Source of the DNA: Dehalococcoidia bacterium
Lineage (GTDB): Bacteria > Chloroflexota > Dehalococcoidia > UBA2979
Reading direction: 5' to 3'
Length of the DNA: 64,000 bases
Assembly (NCBI GenBank): GCA_963667465.2
Contig: CAXXDN010000001.1
Coordinates: forward strand, 997,921-1,061,920
This document shows positions 47,490 through 57,363 of the stretch, piece by piece. The notes beneath the pieces were generated by a model that did not search any database, was not told where the DNA came from, and saw only the letters and a list, made by a program, of their open reading frames with translations. Position 1 is the first letter of the stretch, and every line of letters starts with the position of its first letter. The position numbers and the translations under genes are program-made.

Positions 47490-47778
47490 TTACGCGCCTT
47501 CGACGGCCCAGACGTTGGCCTTCACGAAGGTACCGTGGAGTTCACGGAGCGTCGTGAACGTCTCCGATTCGCACAGGGGCCCTGATCTGCTCCATGCTCT
47601 CGTACTCCTGGATGGTGCTGCGTGCTGCGGGCAGGTCCCCGCTCAGCACCTCGATGGCCCCACAGCGGACGATCCGTTCCGCCGTGGACCTCGAATTCGT
47701 CGCCGCGGCGCCGGCGATGCCAGCGAGCCCCTCCGCGTCGGTGACCCCGGAGTCGATCGTCACGATGTGTGCAGACGG
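47490..47778 (-). pseudogene. Frameshifted DUF1330-family gene
   Basis: SAHIVTIDSGVTD..VRCGAIEVLSGD..EYESMEQIRA then a frameshift to ESETF..LRELH..NVWAVEGA*. RBS AGGGAG is followed by CCG in place of a start codon. Confidence 0.7.
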
Positions 47779-47843
47779 TGTTCTCCCTCGTTCGCCCGGA
47801 CCGTGGATGCTACCACCTGCCGACCCACCGCCGGAGCAGCGCG

Positions 47844-47878
47844 CCGCGCCGGGTTCGAGCGCGCCGAACCCGGCGCGG
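47844..47878 (-). terminator. 14-bp stem-loop downstream of the LLM gene
   Basis: CCGCGCCGGGTTCG-AGCGCGC-CGAACCCGGCGCGG. Confidence 0.5.
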
Positions 47879-47895
47879 GGCGGACCGATCGAGCG

Positions 47896-48813
47896 TCAGG
47901 CGCCCTGCGTGTGGAAGACGGGCAGCACGTCCTCGATGTAGGCCTCGTAGGCGTCCCAGTTGATCGGGGGCCGGAAGGCGATGTTGAGCCCCTGCACGCC
48001 CGCCTCGACGTACTCGCCGATGCGGTCGATCGCCTGCTGCGCGGTGCCGGTGATGGAGCCGGGGACGTTGTGGTCGGGCGGATCGGCATCGCTGTCTCCG
48101 GCATGGGCGCGCATGTGGAAGCGGAGATTGACGCTCGTCTCGATCTCCGCGGGGTCGCGTCCGAGCCGCTCGCACGCCTGCCCGAGCGCGTCGAGGCGCT
48201 CGCGGATGACTTCGGGCGGCTGGTAGGGGACGTTGTAGCCGTCGGCGTACCGGGCGGCGAGCCGCGGCGTCCGCCGCGGGCCGTTGCCGCCGACCCAGAT
48301 GCGCATGTTCGGGTTGAGCGGCCTGGGGCTGCCGACCGCACCGGAGAGCTGGTAGTACTTGCCCTCGAAGTTCGTCACCGGCTCGCGCCACAGCGAGCGC
48401 ACGATCTGCAACGTCTCCTCGAGCTGCTCGAAGCGCTGGCCGAGCGGTGGGAAGTCGTAGCCGAACTCGCGGAACTCCTCCTCGAACCAGCCGGCGCCGA
48501 TGCCGATCTCGGCGCGCCCGCCGGAGAGGTGGTCGATCGTGACGGCTGCCTTGGCGAGCAGGCTGGGGTTGCGGAAGAGCGCGCAAAAGACGAGGCAGCC
48601 GACGCGCATGTTGCTGGTCGCCCCGGCCAGCGCCGCCAGCGAGGCGACGCCCTCGAAGCAGGGGTCCTCGCGCAGGTTCAGCGGGTTGGCGTAGAAGTGA
48701 TCCCAGACCGAGGCCCAGTGGAAGCCGGCCTCATCCGCCCGCCGCCAGACCCGCAGCAGCTCCTCCATCGAAAGGTCTTGCGGTCCGGTGTGGATGCCCA
48801 GCTTCAGGCTCAT
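47896..48813 (-). CDS. LLM-class, probably F420-dependent oxidoreductase
   Basis: WDHF, RNPSLLAK, IDHLSGGR, GAGWFEEE, GGNGPRRT. Confidence 0.9.
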   Translation of the reverse strand: MSLKLGIHTGPQDLSMEELLRVWRRADEAGFHWASVWDHFYANPLNLREDPCFEGVASLAALAGATSNMRVGCLVFCALFRNPSLLAKAAVTIDHLSGGRAEIGIGAGWFEEEFREFGYDFPPLGQRFEQLEETLQIVRSLWREPVTNFEGKYYQLSGAVGSPRPLNPNMRIWVGGNGPRRTPRLAARYADGYNVPYQPPEVIRERLDALGQACERLGRDPAEIETSVNLRFHMRAHAGDSDADPPDHNVPGSITGTAQQAIDRIGEYVEAGVQGLNIAFRPPINWDAYEAYIEDVLPVFHTQGA

Positions 48814-48840
48814 CGGCGCCCTCGTCTCACTGCCTGGCGG

Positions 48841-49134
48841 TTACGAAGCGCGGGCAGCCGTCTCAAGCTTCTGCTTGGCGATCATGAGGTCGTAGTCTGC
48901 CTGGAGACCGAGCCAGATGTACGCCCTCGTCCCGAACTCGGCCTCAAGTTGCAGGGCGGTCTCCGCAGTAATCGCCTTGCGGCCGCGCACGATCTCGTTG
49001 ACCACCTGATACGGCCGCCCGATGCGTCGCGCCAGCTCGCGCTGCGACATCCCGCGGACCTCCAACTCCTCGGCGAGCAACCAGCCGGGGTGGGAGACAG
49101 AGTCAGGCTCGACGTAGGGAAACGTCTCAGTCAT
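48841..49134 (-). CDS. higA: HigA-family antitoxin
   Basis: HPGWLLAEEL, NEIVRGRKAITAETAL, WLGLQADYDL. Confidence 0.9.
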   Translation of the reverse strand: MTETFPYVEPDSVSHPGWLLAEELEVRGMSQRELARRIGRPYQVVNEIVRGRKAITAETALQLEAEFGTRAYIWLGLQADYDLMIAKQKLETAARAS

Positions 49135-49420
49135 GGTAATCGACCACCTCCTCGACGGTGACAGTCCGTTCGTCCTCGACCGTCACGATCATCCGCATTC
49201 GCCCCGTCAGCCGAAGCGCGTGCTGCCCTCTCCGGTCGCCGGTCAGCGGGTGGAAGTCCAGCGGACGGATCTCGTACAGGTGCTCAACACGCTCGGTGCG
49301 CCGCAGTGCTTGCACGAGATCGATGTACCGCTGCCCGGTCACCGGTCCCCACTCTCGAACCGCGCGATTCCGCTGCTCGAAGGCTCGCTGCAACCGCCGG
49401 TTACGGAAGCGAATCTCCAC
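49127..49420 (-). CDS. higB: HigB-family (RelE superfamily) toxin
   Basis: HPLTGDRRGQHALRL, VVDYH. Upstream of and overlapping higA. Confidence 0.88.
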   Translation of the reverse strand: MEIRFRNRRLQRAFEQRNRAVREWGPVTGQRYIDLVQALRRTERVEHLYEIRPLDFHPLTGDRRGQHALRLTGRMRMIVTVEDERTVTVEEVVDYHD

Positions 49421-49470
49421 AGGGAGAACGTACTAGCCTGGACTGAACGTGTCAATCCAGGGGTGAACAC
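49421..49470 (-). promoter_or_regulatory. Sigma70 promoter for leaderless higBA with overlapping imperfect palindromes
   Basis: TTGACA (49455-50), 17 nt, TACGTT (49432-27), 6 nt, GTG start. Confidence 0.75.
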
Positions 49471-49503
49471 CGGCCCGTGCCGCACTCCTCTAGTATGTCG
49501 CCC

Positions 49504-50424
49504 ATGACACAACACCTCGAGGGCAAGGTCGCCGCCGTCACCGGCGCCGGGCGTGGCATCGGCCGCGGCATCGCGCTGCGGCTCGCCGAGGAGGGCGCGA
49601 AGGTCGTCGTTGCCGATTACGGCGGTCCCGTCGACGGCGCGGGCGGCCCCGAGCAGGACGTCGCCCAGGTCGTCGCCAACGAGATCATCGCGGCAGGCGG
49701 CGAGGCCGCCGCGAGCCGCTCGGATGTCTCGACGATGGAGGGCGGCGAGCAGATTGTCTCGACGGCTCTCGAGAGCTTCGGGCGGCTGGACGCGATGATC
49801 TGCTGCGCCGGCATCCTCGTCGATGGCGGCGTGCTGGAAGTCAGTCCGGACGCCTGGGACCGGGCGATGGGCGTACACCTGCGCGGGCACTACTCCTGTG
49901 CGCGCGCCGCCGCCGAGGTCATGGCCGAGCAAGGCAGCGGCGCCATCATCTCCTTCTCCTCAAGCACAGCGCTGGCCGGCGCCGGCGTCCGCGTCGCCTA
50001 CGCGACCGCGAAGGCGGGCGTGATCGGCTTCGCGCTCAGCCTCGCCGAGGAGCTCGAGCCGCTCGGGATCACCTCGAACTGCATCGTCCCCGTCGGCGCC
50101 ACGCGTATGCACGACATCGTCGCGCAGCAGACCGGACACGTCGGCGAGGGCGACCCGCTGCCCAGCGAGCAGGCGATTGGCGGCGCCATGGACCCGGCCA
50201 ACGTCGCGCCGATCGTCGCCTACCTGCTGACCGACGAGGCTGCCTCGATCAACGGGCAGGTCTTCGGCGCGGTCGGGCGGGGGGTCTACCTGCTCAACCG
50301 GCGCGAGTGGGCCGAACACATCCACAGCGAGGGACCGTGGACGCTGGACGCGCTGATCGAGCGCGTCCCGGCGGAGCTGGGCCCGGACCTCGAACATCGC
50401 CGGGTGCCGTGGCCCGGGAGGTAG
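49504..50424 (+). CDS. Short-chain dehydrogenase/reductase
   Basis: TGAGRGIG, CCAGI, YATAK. Confidence 0.9.
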   Translation: MTQHLEGKVAAVTGAGRGIGRGIALRLAEEGAKVVVADYGGPVDGAGGPEQDVAQVVANEIIAAGGEAAASRSDVSTMEGGEQIVSTALESFGRLDAMICCAGILVDGGVLEVSPDAWDRAMGVHLRGHYSCARAAAEVMAEQGSGAIISFSSSTALAGAGVRVAYATAKAGVIGFALSLAEELEPLGITSNCIVPVGATRMHDIVAQQTGHVGEGDPLPSEQAIGGAMDPANVAPIVAYLLTDEAASINGQVFGAVGRGVYLLNRREWAEHIHSEGPWTLDALIERVPAELGPDLEHRRVPWPGR

Positions 50425-50446
50425 CGGCCGGAAGGCGGGGCGCTCG

Positions 50447-51472
50447 ATGGTCAACGTGACGAGGCTGGAGCACCACGGCTGGGCGAACAGCGACGGGCGC
50501 TGGGGCGCTCCGGCGACCCGCTCCCGGGGGATCGTCGAGGAGCCGCTCGGCTCCGGCGAGCACAGCTACTACGTCATCGACAACTGGGCGCGCCGGCCTC
50601 GGGGCTGGGCGCTGATCGACGTCGCCGGGGTCGCCGTCGACGCCGAGGACCGCGTCTTCGTCTTCTCGCGATCGCGGCGCCCGGTGCAGGTCTACGACCG
50701 CGACGGCTTCTTCCTCGACTGGTGGGGCGACGACGTGACCACCACGGCGCACGGCATCACGGTCGACGCCGAGGGCAACGTCTGGCTCGCCGACACGGGC
50801 GACCACACCGTGCGCAAGTTCACGCCCGACGGGAAGCCGCTGCTGAGCCTCGGCACACCGCACCAGAGCGCGCCCCGGATGGGCGGCGACCCGTTCAACG
50901 AGCCGACGCGCGTGGCCGTGGCCGCCAACGGCGACCTCTACGTCAGCGACGGCTACGGCAACGCTCGCATCCACGTCTTCAGCCCGGACGGCGAGTACCG
51001 CTTCGGCTGGGGCAGCCCCGGCTCCGGCCCCGGCCAGTTCTCCAACCCGCACGCGGTCAGCATCGGTCCCGACGGCCGCGTCTACGTCTGCGACCGCTCC
51101 AACCGCCGCATCCAGGTCTTCAGCCCGGACGGGGAGTACCAGGAGGAGTGGTCCGGCGTGAACCTGCCGGACGACCTCGCCTGGGGCCCGGACGGCAACG
51201 CCTACGTCGCCGAACTGCTGCACCGCATCAGCATCTGGAGCCCCGAGGGCGAACGCATCACCGGCTGGGGCGACGAAGGCTGCACCTGCCCGGAGCAGCC
51301 ACCGATCCCGCCCTGTCCCGCCGAGCAGCAGGCAGCAGGGCAGGTGATCGGCCCGCACGGCCTCGCCGTCGACTCGCAGGGCAGCATCTACGTCGGTGAC
51401 CTCGCGGAGACATATCGTGGCGTCGACCGAGGCTCGCGCGCGCTGCAGAAGTTTGTGCGGGTCGACGCGTAG
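50447..51472 (+). CDS. NHL-repeat beta-propeller, peptidyl-alpha-hydroxyglycine lyase-like (paralog B)
   Basis: Collinear paralog of 43723..44751. Confidence 0.88.
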   Translation: MVNVTRLEHHGWANSDGRWGAPATRSRGIVEEPLGSGEHSYYVIDNWARRPRGWALIDVAGVAVDAEDRVFVFSRSRRPVQVYDRDGFFLDWWGDDVTTTAHGITVDAEGNVWLADTGDHTVRKFTPDGKPLLSLGTPHQSAPRMGGDPFNEPTRVAVAANGDLYVSDGYGNARIHVFSPDGEYRFGWGSPGSGPGQFSNPHAVSIGPDGRVYVCDRSNRRIQVFSPDGEYQEEWSGVNLPDDLAWGPDGNAYVAELLHRISIWSPEGERITGWGDEGCTCPEQPPIPPCPAEQQAAGQVIGPHGLAVDSQGSIYVGDLAETYRGVDRGSRALQKFVRVDA

Positions 51473-51492
51473 CGGGCGCGGCAGCATTAGCC

Positions 51493-51520
51493 TTGACTTA
51501 TAGTAGAACAGGCTTATACT
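51493..51520 (+). promoter_or_regulatory. Probable promoter/operator of the second TA pair
   Basis: AT-rich patch TTGACT-16nt-TATACT. The -10 is only 1 nt from ATG 51522, so exact elements are uncertain. Confidence 0.45.
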
Positions 51521-51521
51521 C

Positions 51522-51896
51522 ATGGCGTGGGAAGTGGAGTACACCGACCAGTTCGGGGGTTGGTGGGAAGGTCTGGGCGTCGAACAGCAGGAGGCGCTCG
51601 ACGATCGCGTGATGCTGCTCGCGGAGGTTGGTCCGGGACTCGGGCGGCCGGTGGTCGATACGATCACGGGCTCGCGTCACGCCAACATGAAGGAGTTGAG
51701 GGCCTCACAGGGTGGTGCGCTTCGGGTGCTCTTCGCGTTCGACCCGCGCCGCCAGGCCATCCTGCTACTGGGCGGCGACAAGTCGGGTCAGTGGAATGCG
51801 TGGTACCGGCGAGCGATCCCCGAGGCGGATGCGCTGTACGACAGCCACCTCGAGGAGTTGCGCGCGGAGGGGTTGCTCGGGAACGAGGCCCGGTAG
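51522..51896 (+). CDS. RelE/ParE superfamily toxin (Gp49-like)
   Basis: GPGLGRPVVDTITGSRHANMKELR, RVLFAFDPRRQAILLLGGDK. Confidence 0.9.
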   Translation: MAWEVEYTDQFGGWWEGLGVEQQEALDDRVMLLAEVGPGLGRPVVDTITGSRHANMKELRASQGGALRVLFAFDPRRQAILLLGGDKSGQWNAWYRRAIPEADALYDSHLEELRAEGLLGNEAR

Positions 51897-51909
51897 GGGA
51901 GTCGGGATC

Positions 51910-52320
51910 ATGGCGAAGAACTATCGCGAGCTCCACGAGAAGGTCGTGGCCCGTCCGGGGGCGTCCGAGCGGCTTGCCGCGTTGCGGGAGGCCACGGTGG
52001 CCGAGATCGGCCTGCACGAGCTGCGGCGCGCGCTCAATCGCTCCCAGGCGGAGCTGGCCGTGAGCCTCGGCAACAGCCAGCCGGCCGTCTCGCAGCTCGA
52101 ACGCGGCGAGGACATCCGGCTGTCCTCGCTCCGCAGGTACCTCGAGGGCCTCGGCGCCCGGCTGCGGATCGTCGCGCTCTTCGATGACGGCGAGACGGAA
52201 ACGGCGGTCCCGCTGCGGATCGGCGGCGGGAACCTGGTGGTCGCCGAGGAGGAGCCTGACTACGTCGTCGAGGATACGGCCCGCTCAGGCGACGAGGTGG
52301 CGGGCGAGGAAGGCGATTGA
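51910..52320 (+). CDS. XRE-family HTH antitoxin
   Basis: LHELRRALNRSQAELA..SQPAVSQLE..LSSLRRYLEGLG. ATG at 51910. Confidence 0.88.
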   Translation: MAKNYRELHEKVVARPGASERLAALREATVAEIGLHELRRALNRSQAELAVSLGNSQPAVSQLERGEDIRLSSLRRYLEGLGARLRIVALFDDGETETAVPLRIGGGNLVVAEEEPDYVVEDTARSGDEVAGEEGD

Positions 52321-53046
52321 GCCCTCGAGAGCCTGCGGCGTCATGGCCGCGTGCAGGCCGCGGAAGGTGTGCAGCTCTTTCTCGGCGGCGCCGATCTGGT
52401 CGAAGAGGAAGAGCGAGCTGTAGCGGTCGAACCGCTCGTCGTCCCACTGCACGTGGAAGTACGTTGGGCAGGTGACAAGGGGAGCCGCCGCTCGCAGGTG
52501 CGGCGCGATCTTGCTGCGGTCGACGCTGCTGCCGGTGAGCCCGGCCTTGCCGAGGACGGCAGCCCGGATCCGGGGCTCGGCGGCGACGAACGGCAGCCCG
52601 AACATCGTGCCCATCGACATGCCCCAGTAGCCGACGCGGCCCGCGTCGATCGCTTCCAGCTCGCTCAGCGCGTCCAGCGTCGCCCGCCAGTCGGCCACCA
52701 TCCCGGGCACGTTGTCGGGACGCTGCCAGATCGCGCGGTAGGCGGGGTCGTCGGTCGACGTGAGGCCGCCGCGGTCACCGTGGCCGGGGCCGTCGATGGC
52801 CGCGGCGGCGAAGCCGCGATCGCGAGCGAAGCGGATCCCGAGCTCCAGCATGCGATCGCTGCGCTTGTGCCCGCTGCCTCCGTGGCCCAGCAGCACAAGC
52901 GGCAGCGCCCGGGTCGCGGCGGCGGGCGTCCAGAGGACGCCGGGGATCGCCTCACCGGCGCGCACCACCTCGAAGCGGCGCTCCGCGACGCGGCCTTCGA
53001 TCGCGATCTCGCCGAGGGAGGCGAGCGCGTCTGAGGTCGTGGTCAT
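52285..53046 (-). CDS. Alpha/beta hydrolase (dienelactone hydrolase-like)
   Basis: GHGG, IDGPGHGDR, GMSMG nucleophile elbow, C-terminal His. Confidence 0.85.
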   Translation of the reverse strand: MTTTSDALASLGEIAIEGRVAERRFEVVRAGEAIPGVLWTPAAATRALPLVLLGHGGSGHKRSDRMLELGIRFARDRGFAAAAIDGPGHGDRGGLTSTDDPAYRAIWQRPDNVPGMVADWRATLDALSELEAIDAGRVGYWGMSMGTMFGLPFVAAEPRIRAAVLGKAGLTGSSVDRSKIAPHLRAAAPLVTCPTYFHVQWDDERFDRYSSLFLFDQIGAAEKELHTFRGLHAAMTPQALEGSIAFLARHLVA

Positions 53047-53074
53047 CGAGCGCTCCCGCGTGCTGCGGCGGGCG

Positions 53075-54013
53075 CTAGAACAGGATCACGCAGCGGCCGC
53101 GCGCGCCTCCCGCCTCGAGGCGGGCGTGGGCGTCCGCTGCCTGCTCCATCGTGTACGTGTCGTAGACGCGCAGGCTGAGCACGCCATCCTCGGTCTGCTG
53201 GCGGAGCGTGTCGAGGAGGTCCGCGCGGTGGTCGTAGCTGCGCACCATCGTTACGTGGAAGGTGATCCCGCGCTCGCCGGTACCGCCGAAGCCGCGCACC
53301 GCGGCGAAGGAGCCGCCGTCGCGGACCGCGCCCACCGCCAGCTCGTTCTGCACCGCCCCGTCGGCCAGCCCGTCGACGCCCCCGGGCACGGCCATGCGCA
53401 TCCGCGCGGCGACGTCGTCGCCACGCGGCACGATGATGTCGGCCCCGAGGTCGCGGACCAGTCCCCAGTCTGCCTCCGAGGAGTCGGCGACGACGCGCAG
53501 GCCCTCGGCCTTCGCGAGTTGCACGACGTAGCCGCCGTAGCAGCCGGCGGCCCCCGTCACGCCGAGGGTCTGCCCCGGCTCCAGCGCCAGCTGGTCGAGC
53601 GACATGCGCGCGGTCAGCGCGTTCATCGGCAGCGTGCACGCCTCGGCGTGGCTCGCGCCGGCCGGGGCGCGCACGACGGAGTCGGCGGAGAGCACGATGC
53701 TCTGCCGGTAGGCGCCGTGGTTGCCGCCGGGCAGCACCATCGCCATCACCGCGTCGCCGATGGCGAGGTCGGTGTCCGTGGCCGGGCCGATCTCGTCGAT
53801 GACGCCGGCGGCGTCCATGCCGGGGATGTGGGGCGGCCGCACGTCGCGGAGCGCGTCGGCGCGGGAGCCGTTGCGCAGCATGGTGTCGGTCGGGTTGACC
53901 GCGGCGGCGTGGTTGCGGATCCGCACCTCGCCAGGTCCGGCGTGGATCTCGGGCAGGGCGACGACCTCCAGGGCCTCCGGGCCCCCGAACTCGATGACAC
54001 CTACTCCGCGCAT
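53075..54013 (-). CDS. NADP-dependent MDR oxidoreductase (quinone reductase-like)
   Basis: FGGPEAL, VNPTD, PGMDAAG, GAAGCYG. ATG at 54013. Confidence 0.88.
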   Translation of the reverse strand: MRGVGVIEFGGPEALEVVALPEIHAGPGEVRIRNHAAAVNPTDTMLRNGSRADALRDVRPPHIPGMDAAGVIDEIGPATDTDLAIGDAVMAMVLPGGNHGAYRQSIVLSADSVVRAPAGASHAEACTLPMNALTARMSLDQLALEPGQTLGVTGAAGCYGGYVVQLAKAEGLRVVADSSEADWGLVRDLGADIIVPRGDDVAARMRMAVPGGVDGLADGAVQNELAVGAVRDGGSFAAVRGFGGTGERGITFHVTMVRSYDHRADLLDTLRQQTEDGVLSLRVYDTYTMEQAADAHARLEAGGARGRCVILF

Positions 54014-54145
54014 GGCTGCCTCCTCGCGTAGTTGTGGCGAGAACACTCGCGCCGGGACCGGGACCGGCGCGAGATTCGCGTACAGGTTCGCCGAGGCGCG
54101 CGTCCGCGCACAGGGCGAACCCGTGCGCGGGCGCGTGCCTGCTGG

Positions 54146-54991
54146 CTAGCGGCCGGCGGCTGCGGCGATCGCGCGGCCGGTGAAGACCCGCGTCATCGCT
54201 CGCCGGTAGTCCTCCGAGCCCGCCAGGTCCGCGTTGACGTCGTCCACGTTGGCGGCCGCCGCGGCCGCCTCGATGGCGCCATCGTCCAGCGCCGAGCCGG
54301 TCAGCGTCTCCTCGACTGCGCCGAGCCGCTGTGCGTGCGTCGAGGCGCCCGTCACGGCGACGCGGGCGCCCGTGCAGACGCCGCCCTCGACGGTCAGCGA
54401 GGCGGCCACGCCGACGATCGCGAAGTGCGAGGCCGGGTGGCGGAGTTTCGCGTAGGCCGCCTGCGAGGGGGCGTCGAAGCTCACCGCGGTGATCAGCTCG
54501 TTCTCCGCCAGGTCGACCTCGAACAGCCCGCTGAAGAAGTCGCCCGCGGCGACTGTCCGCGCGCCGCCCGAACCGGCGATGTGGATCGAGGCGTCGAGCG
54601 CCACGACCACGGCCGGCAGGTCGGAGGCCGGGTCGGCGTGCGCCAGGCTGCCGCCAATGGTGCCGCGGTTGCGCACCTGCTGGTCGCCGATCTCGCCCGC
54701 CGCCTCGGCGACGACGGGCGCGGACGCCAGCAGCACGGAGTCGGACTCCAGCTCGGCGTGCGTGGTGAGCGCGCCGATCGAGATGCGTCCGCCGTCCTCG
54801 CTGACGCCGGAGAGGCCCGGGATGCCGCTGATGTCGATCAGCAGCTCGGGCTCGGCAAGGCGAAGCTTCATGAGCGGGATCAGGCTGTGACCCCCGGCGA
54901 TGAAGCGCGCATCGCCTTCCGCCTGCTGCTTGAGCGCGATCGCCTCCTCGATGGAGCCGGCGCGCTGGTATTCGAACGCCGCGGGGATCAT
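54146..54991 (-). CDS. coxM: Mo-hydroxylase FAD-binding medium subunit
   Basis: AGGHSLIPLMKLR, QVRNRGTIGGS, ADPASD. ATGA overlap with the large subunit. Confidence 0.88.
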   Translation of the reverse strand: MIPAAFEYQRAGSIEEAIALKQQAEGDARFIAGGHSLIPLMKLRLAEPELLIDISGIPGLSGVSEDGGRISIGALTTHAELESDSVLLASAPVVAEAAGEIGDQQVRNRGTIGGSLAHADPASDLPAVVVALDASIHIAGSGGARTVAAGDFFSGLFEVDLAENELITAVSFDAPSQAAYAKLRHPASHFAIVGVAASLTVEGGVCTGARVAVTGASTHAQRLGAVEETLTGSALDDGAIEAAAAAANVDDVNADLAGSEDYRRAMTRVFTGRAIAAAAGR

Positions 54992-57363
54992 GCGTCGCCT
55001 CCATGGATCAGACGCCACAGCTTCTCCGGCCGCAGCATCATGTCGATGTGTTCCACGCCGAAGTCGCTGAGCGCGTCAACGGCCGCGCTGACGATGCTGG
55101 GAGTGGACCCGATCGTGCCGGCCTCGCCGATGCCCTTCACGCCCAACGGGTTGAGCGGCGAAGGCGTCACCGTGTTGTCCAGCTCGAAGCGCGGGAAGTC
55201 CCGCGCGCGCGGGATCGCGTAGTCCATGAACGAGGCGGTCACCAGTTGACCGCTCGCCTCGTCGTAGACGGCTTCCTCGGTCATCGCCTGGCCGACGCCC
55301 TGGGCGATGCCGCCGTGAATCTGCCCGGCGACGATGAGCGGGTTGACGACGTTGCCGCAGTCGTCCACGCCCACGAAGCGCTGCAGCTCCAGCTCTCCGG
55401 TGTCGCGGTCGATCTCCACCTGGGAGATGTAGCAGCCGAAGGGCCAGGTGAAGCCCTCGGGCTCCCAGAAGGCCTCGTCGCTCAGTCCCGGCTCGGTGTC
55501 CGGAGGCAGCGGGACCGGGGCGTAGGCGAAGGCCGCCACGTCCGTGAAGGGGACGCCGGTCTCCTCCTGGCCCGCGGGCCCGATCATGCCGTCCTTGAAC
55601 GCGAGGTCGCCGGGCTGCAGCTCCAGCATCGGAGCGGCGAAGCGGCGCATCTTGTCCTGTACCTTGGCGGTGGCGAGCAGCAGCGCCGTGCCGCCGACCA
55701 CCTGCGAGCGGCTGCCGAAGGTTCCGGTGCCGCCTCGCACCTGGCCGGTGTCGCCGTGGACGATGGTGATGTCGTCCATCGGGATGCTGAACTCGTCGGC
55801 GAGCATCTGCGCGAAGGTCGTCTCGTGACCCTGGCCGTGCGTGGAGACGCCGGTGGTGGCTCGCACCTTGCCGTCGCGCTCCACGCTCACGCTGCCGTGC
55901 TCCCAGAGGCCCACGCTCGGCATCGCCGCCGAGGGCCCGAAGCCGCAGATCTCGGTGTAGAAGGACATCCCGAGGCCGACCAGGCGGCCTTCCGCCCGGG
56001 CGGCGTCGCGGTCCGCCTTCATCTGCTCCCAGCCGGCGTTCTCGAGCGCCTTGTCGAGCGCGGTCTCGTACTCGCCGGAGTCGTAGACCATGCCGCCGGC
56101 GGTGGTGTACGGGAACTGGTCCGGCTGGATGAAGTTGACCCGCCGCACCTCGCCGGGGTCCATGCCCAGCTTCGCGCCCAGCATCTCCATGCCGCGCTCG
56201 AGGAAGTAGATGCCCTCGGGCCGTCCCGCTCCGCGGTAGGCGTCGGTCGGCATCTTGTTGGTGAAGACCTCGGTCAAATCGCAGCGCACGACGGGGATGT
56301 CGTAGACGCCGCTGATCATGAACGCGACCAGCGTGGGGATCGCGGCGGTCAGCACCATCTCGTAGGCGCCGATGTCGGCTACCAGCCGCATCTTGACGGC
56401 CAGCACCTTGCCTTCGCTGGTTGCCGCGAGGTCGAGGTAGCAGATCACGTCACGGCCGTGGATCGTGGTCATGAACGCCTCGGTGCGGTCCTCGATCCAC
56501 TTGATCGGCAGGCCGAGGCGGCGCGAGATCGCCGCCGCGACGAAGTCCTCGCCGTAGACGTTGATCTTGCTGCCGAAACCGCCGCCGACGTCCGGGGCGA
56601 TGACGCGCACCTGGTGCTGGCCCATCCCCAGGATCGCCGCCAGCAGCGTGCGCGCGATGTGCGGGTTCTGGGTCGTCGACCAGACCGTCAGCTCGTCGTT
56701 GCCGGGCTCGAAGCGCGCGATCACGCCTCGCGGCTCCATCGCGTTCGGCACCAGCCGCTGGCTGACCATGCGCTGCGAGACCACGATGTCCGCGTTCTCG
56801 AATGCCGCGTTGAGCGCCGACTCGTCCTCGACCTCGAGCGTCTCCGGGTTCACCCCGGTGCCGGCCGGTGCGAACGGGACGGCGAGGTTGTTCTCGAACG
56901 CCTCGTGGATGGTGGCCGGGTCGCCGTTGGCCGCCCGCTCCGGGTCGACGACCGCGGGCAGTTCCTCGATGTCGACCTCGATCGCGTCGGCCGCGTCGGC
57001 GGCCAGGAAGCGGTCGGTCGCAACGACGACGGCTACCGGCTCACCGACGTAGCGCACGCGGTCCGGCGGAACGGAGTGGTGATCCGGCGCCGGGAACGGC
57101 GTGGCGACGGGCATCGGCGGGATCATTTCGGCGAGCTGAGCGCCGGTGAGCACCAGCTCGACGCCGGGCATCGCCTCGGCGGCGCTGGTGTCGATCGAGC
57201 GGATGATGCCGTGCGCCACGTCGCTGCGCTTGAAGGCCAGGTGCAGCATGCCCGGCAGCTTCATGTCGTCAACGTAGTTGCCGCGGCCCTTGACCAGGCG
57301 CGGGTCCTCGCGACGGCGTACGCGCTGTCCGACGAGCTGGCCCGGGGTTGCCTGCATGGTCAT
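54988..57363 (-). CDS. coxL: Form II CoxL-like Mo-hydroxylase large subunit
   Basis: [22 protein letters not shown] (form II, not AYxCSFR), GQGHETT, KGIGEAG. Confidence 0.88.
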   Translation of the reverse strand: MTMQATPGQLVGQRVRRREDPRLVKGRGNYVDDMKLPGMLHLAFKRSDVAHGIIRSIDTSAAEAMPGVELVLTGAQLAEMIPPMPVATPFPAPDHHSVPPDRVRYVGEPVAVVVATDRFLAADAADAIEVDIEELPAVVDPERAANGDPATIHEAFENNLAVPFAPAGTGVNPETLEVEDESALNAAFENADIVVSQRMVSQRLVPNAMEPRGVIARFEPGNDELTVWSTTQNPHIARTLLAAILGMGQHQVRVIAPDVGGGFGSKINVYGEDFVAAAISRRLGLPIKWIEDRTEAFMTTIHGRDVICYLDLAATSEGKVLAVKMRLVADIGAYEMVLTAAIPTLVAFMISGVYDIPVVRCDLTEVFTNKMPTDAYRGAGRPEGIYFLERGMEMLGAKLGMDPGEVRRVNFIQPDQFPYTTAGGMVYDSGEYETALDKALENAGWEQMKADRDAARAEGRLVGLGMSFYTEICGFGPSAAMPSVGLWEHGSVSVERDGKVRATTGVSTHGQGHETTFAQMLADEFSIPMDDITIVHGDTGQVRGGTGTFGSRSQVVGGTALLLATAKVQDKMRRFAAPMLELQPGDLAFKDGMIGPAGQEETGVPFTDVAAFAYAPVPLPPDTEPGLSDEAFWEPEGFTWPFGCYISQVEIDRDTGELELQRFVGVDDCGNVVNPLIVAGQIHGGIAQGVGQAMTEEAVYDEASGQLVTASFMDYAIPRARDFPRFELDNTVTPSPLNPLGVKGIGEAGTIGSTPSIVSAAVDALSDFGVEHIDMMLRPEKLWRLIHGGDA

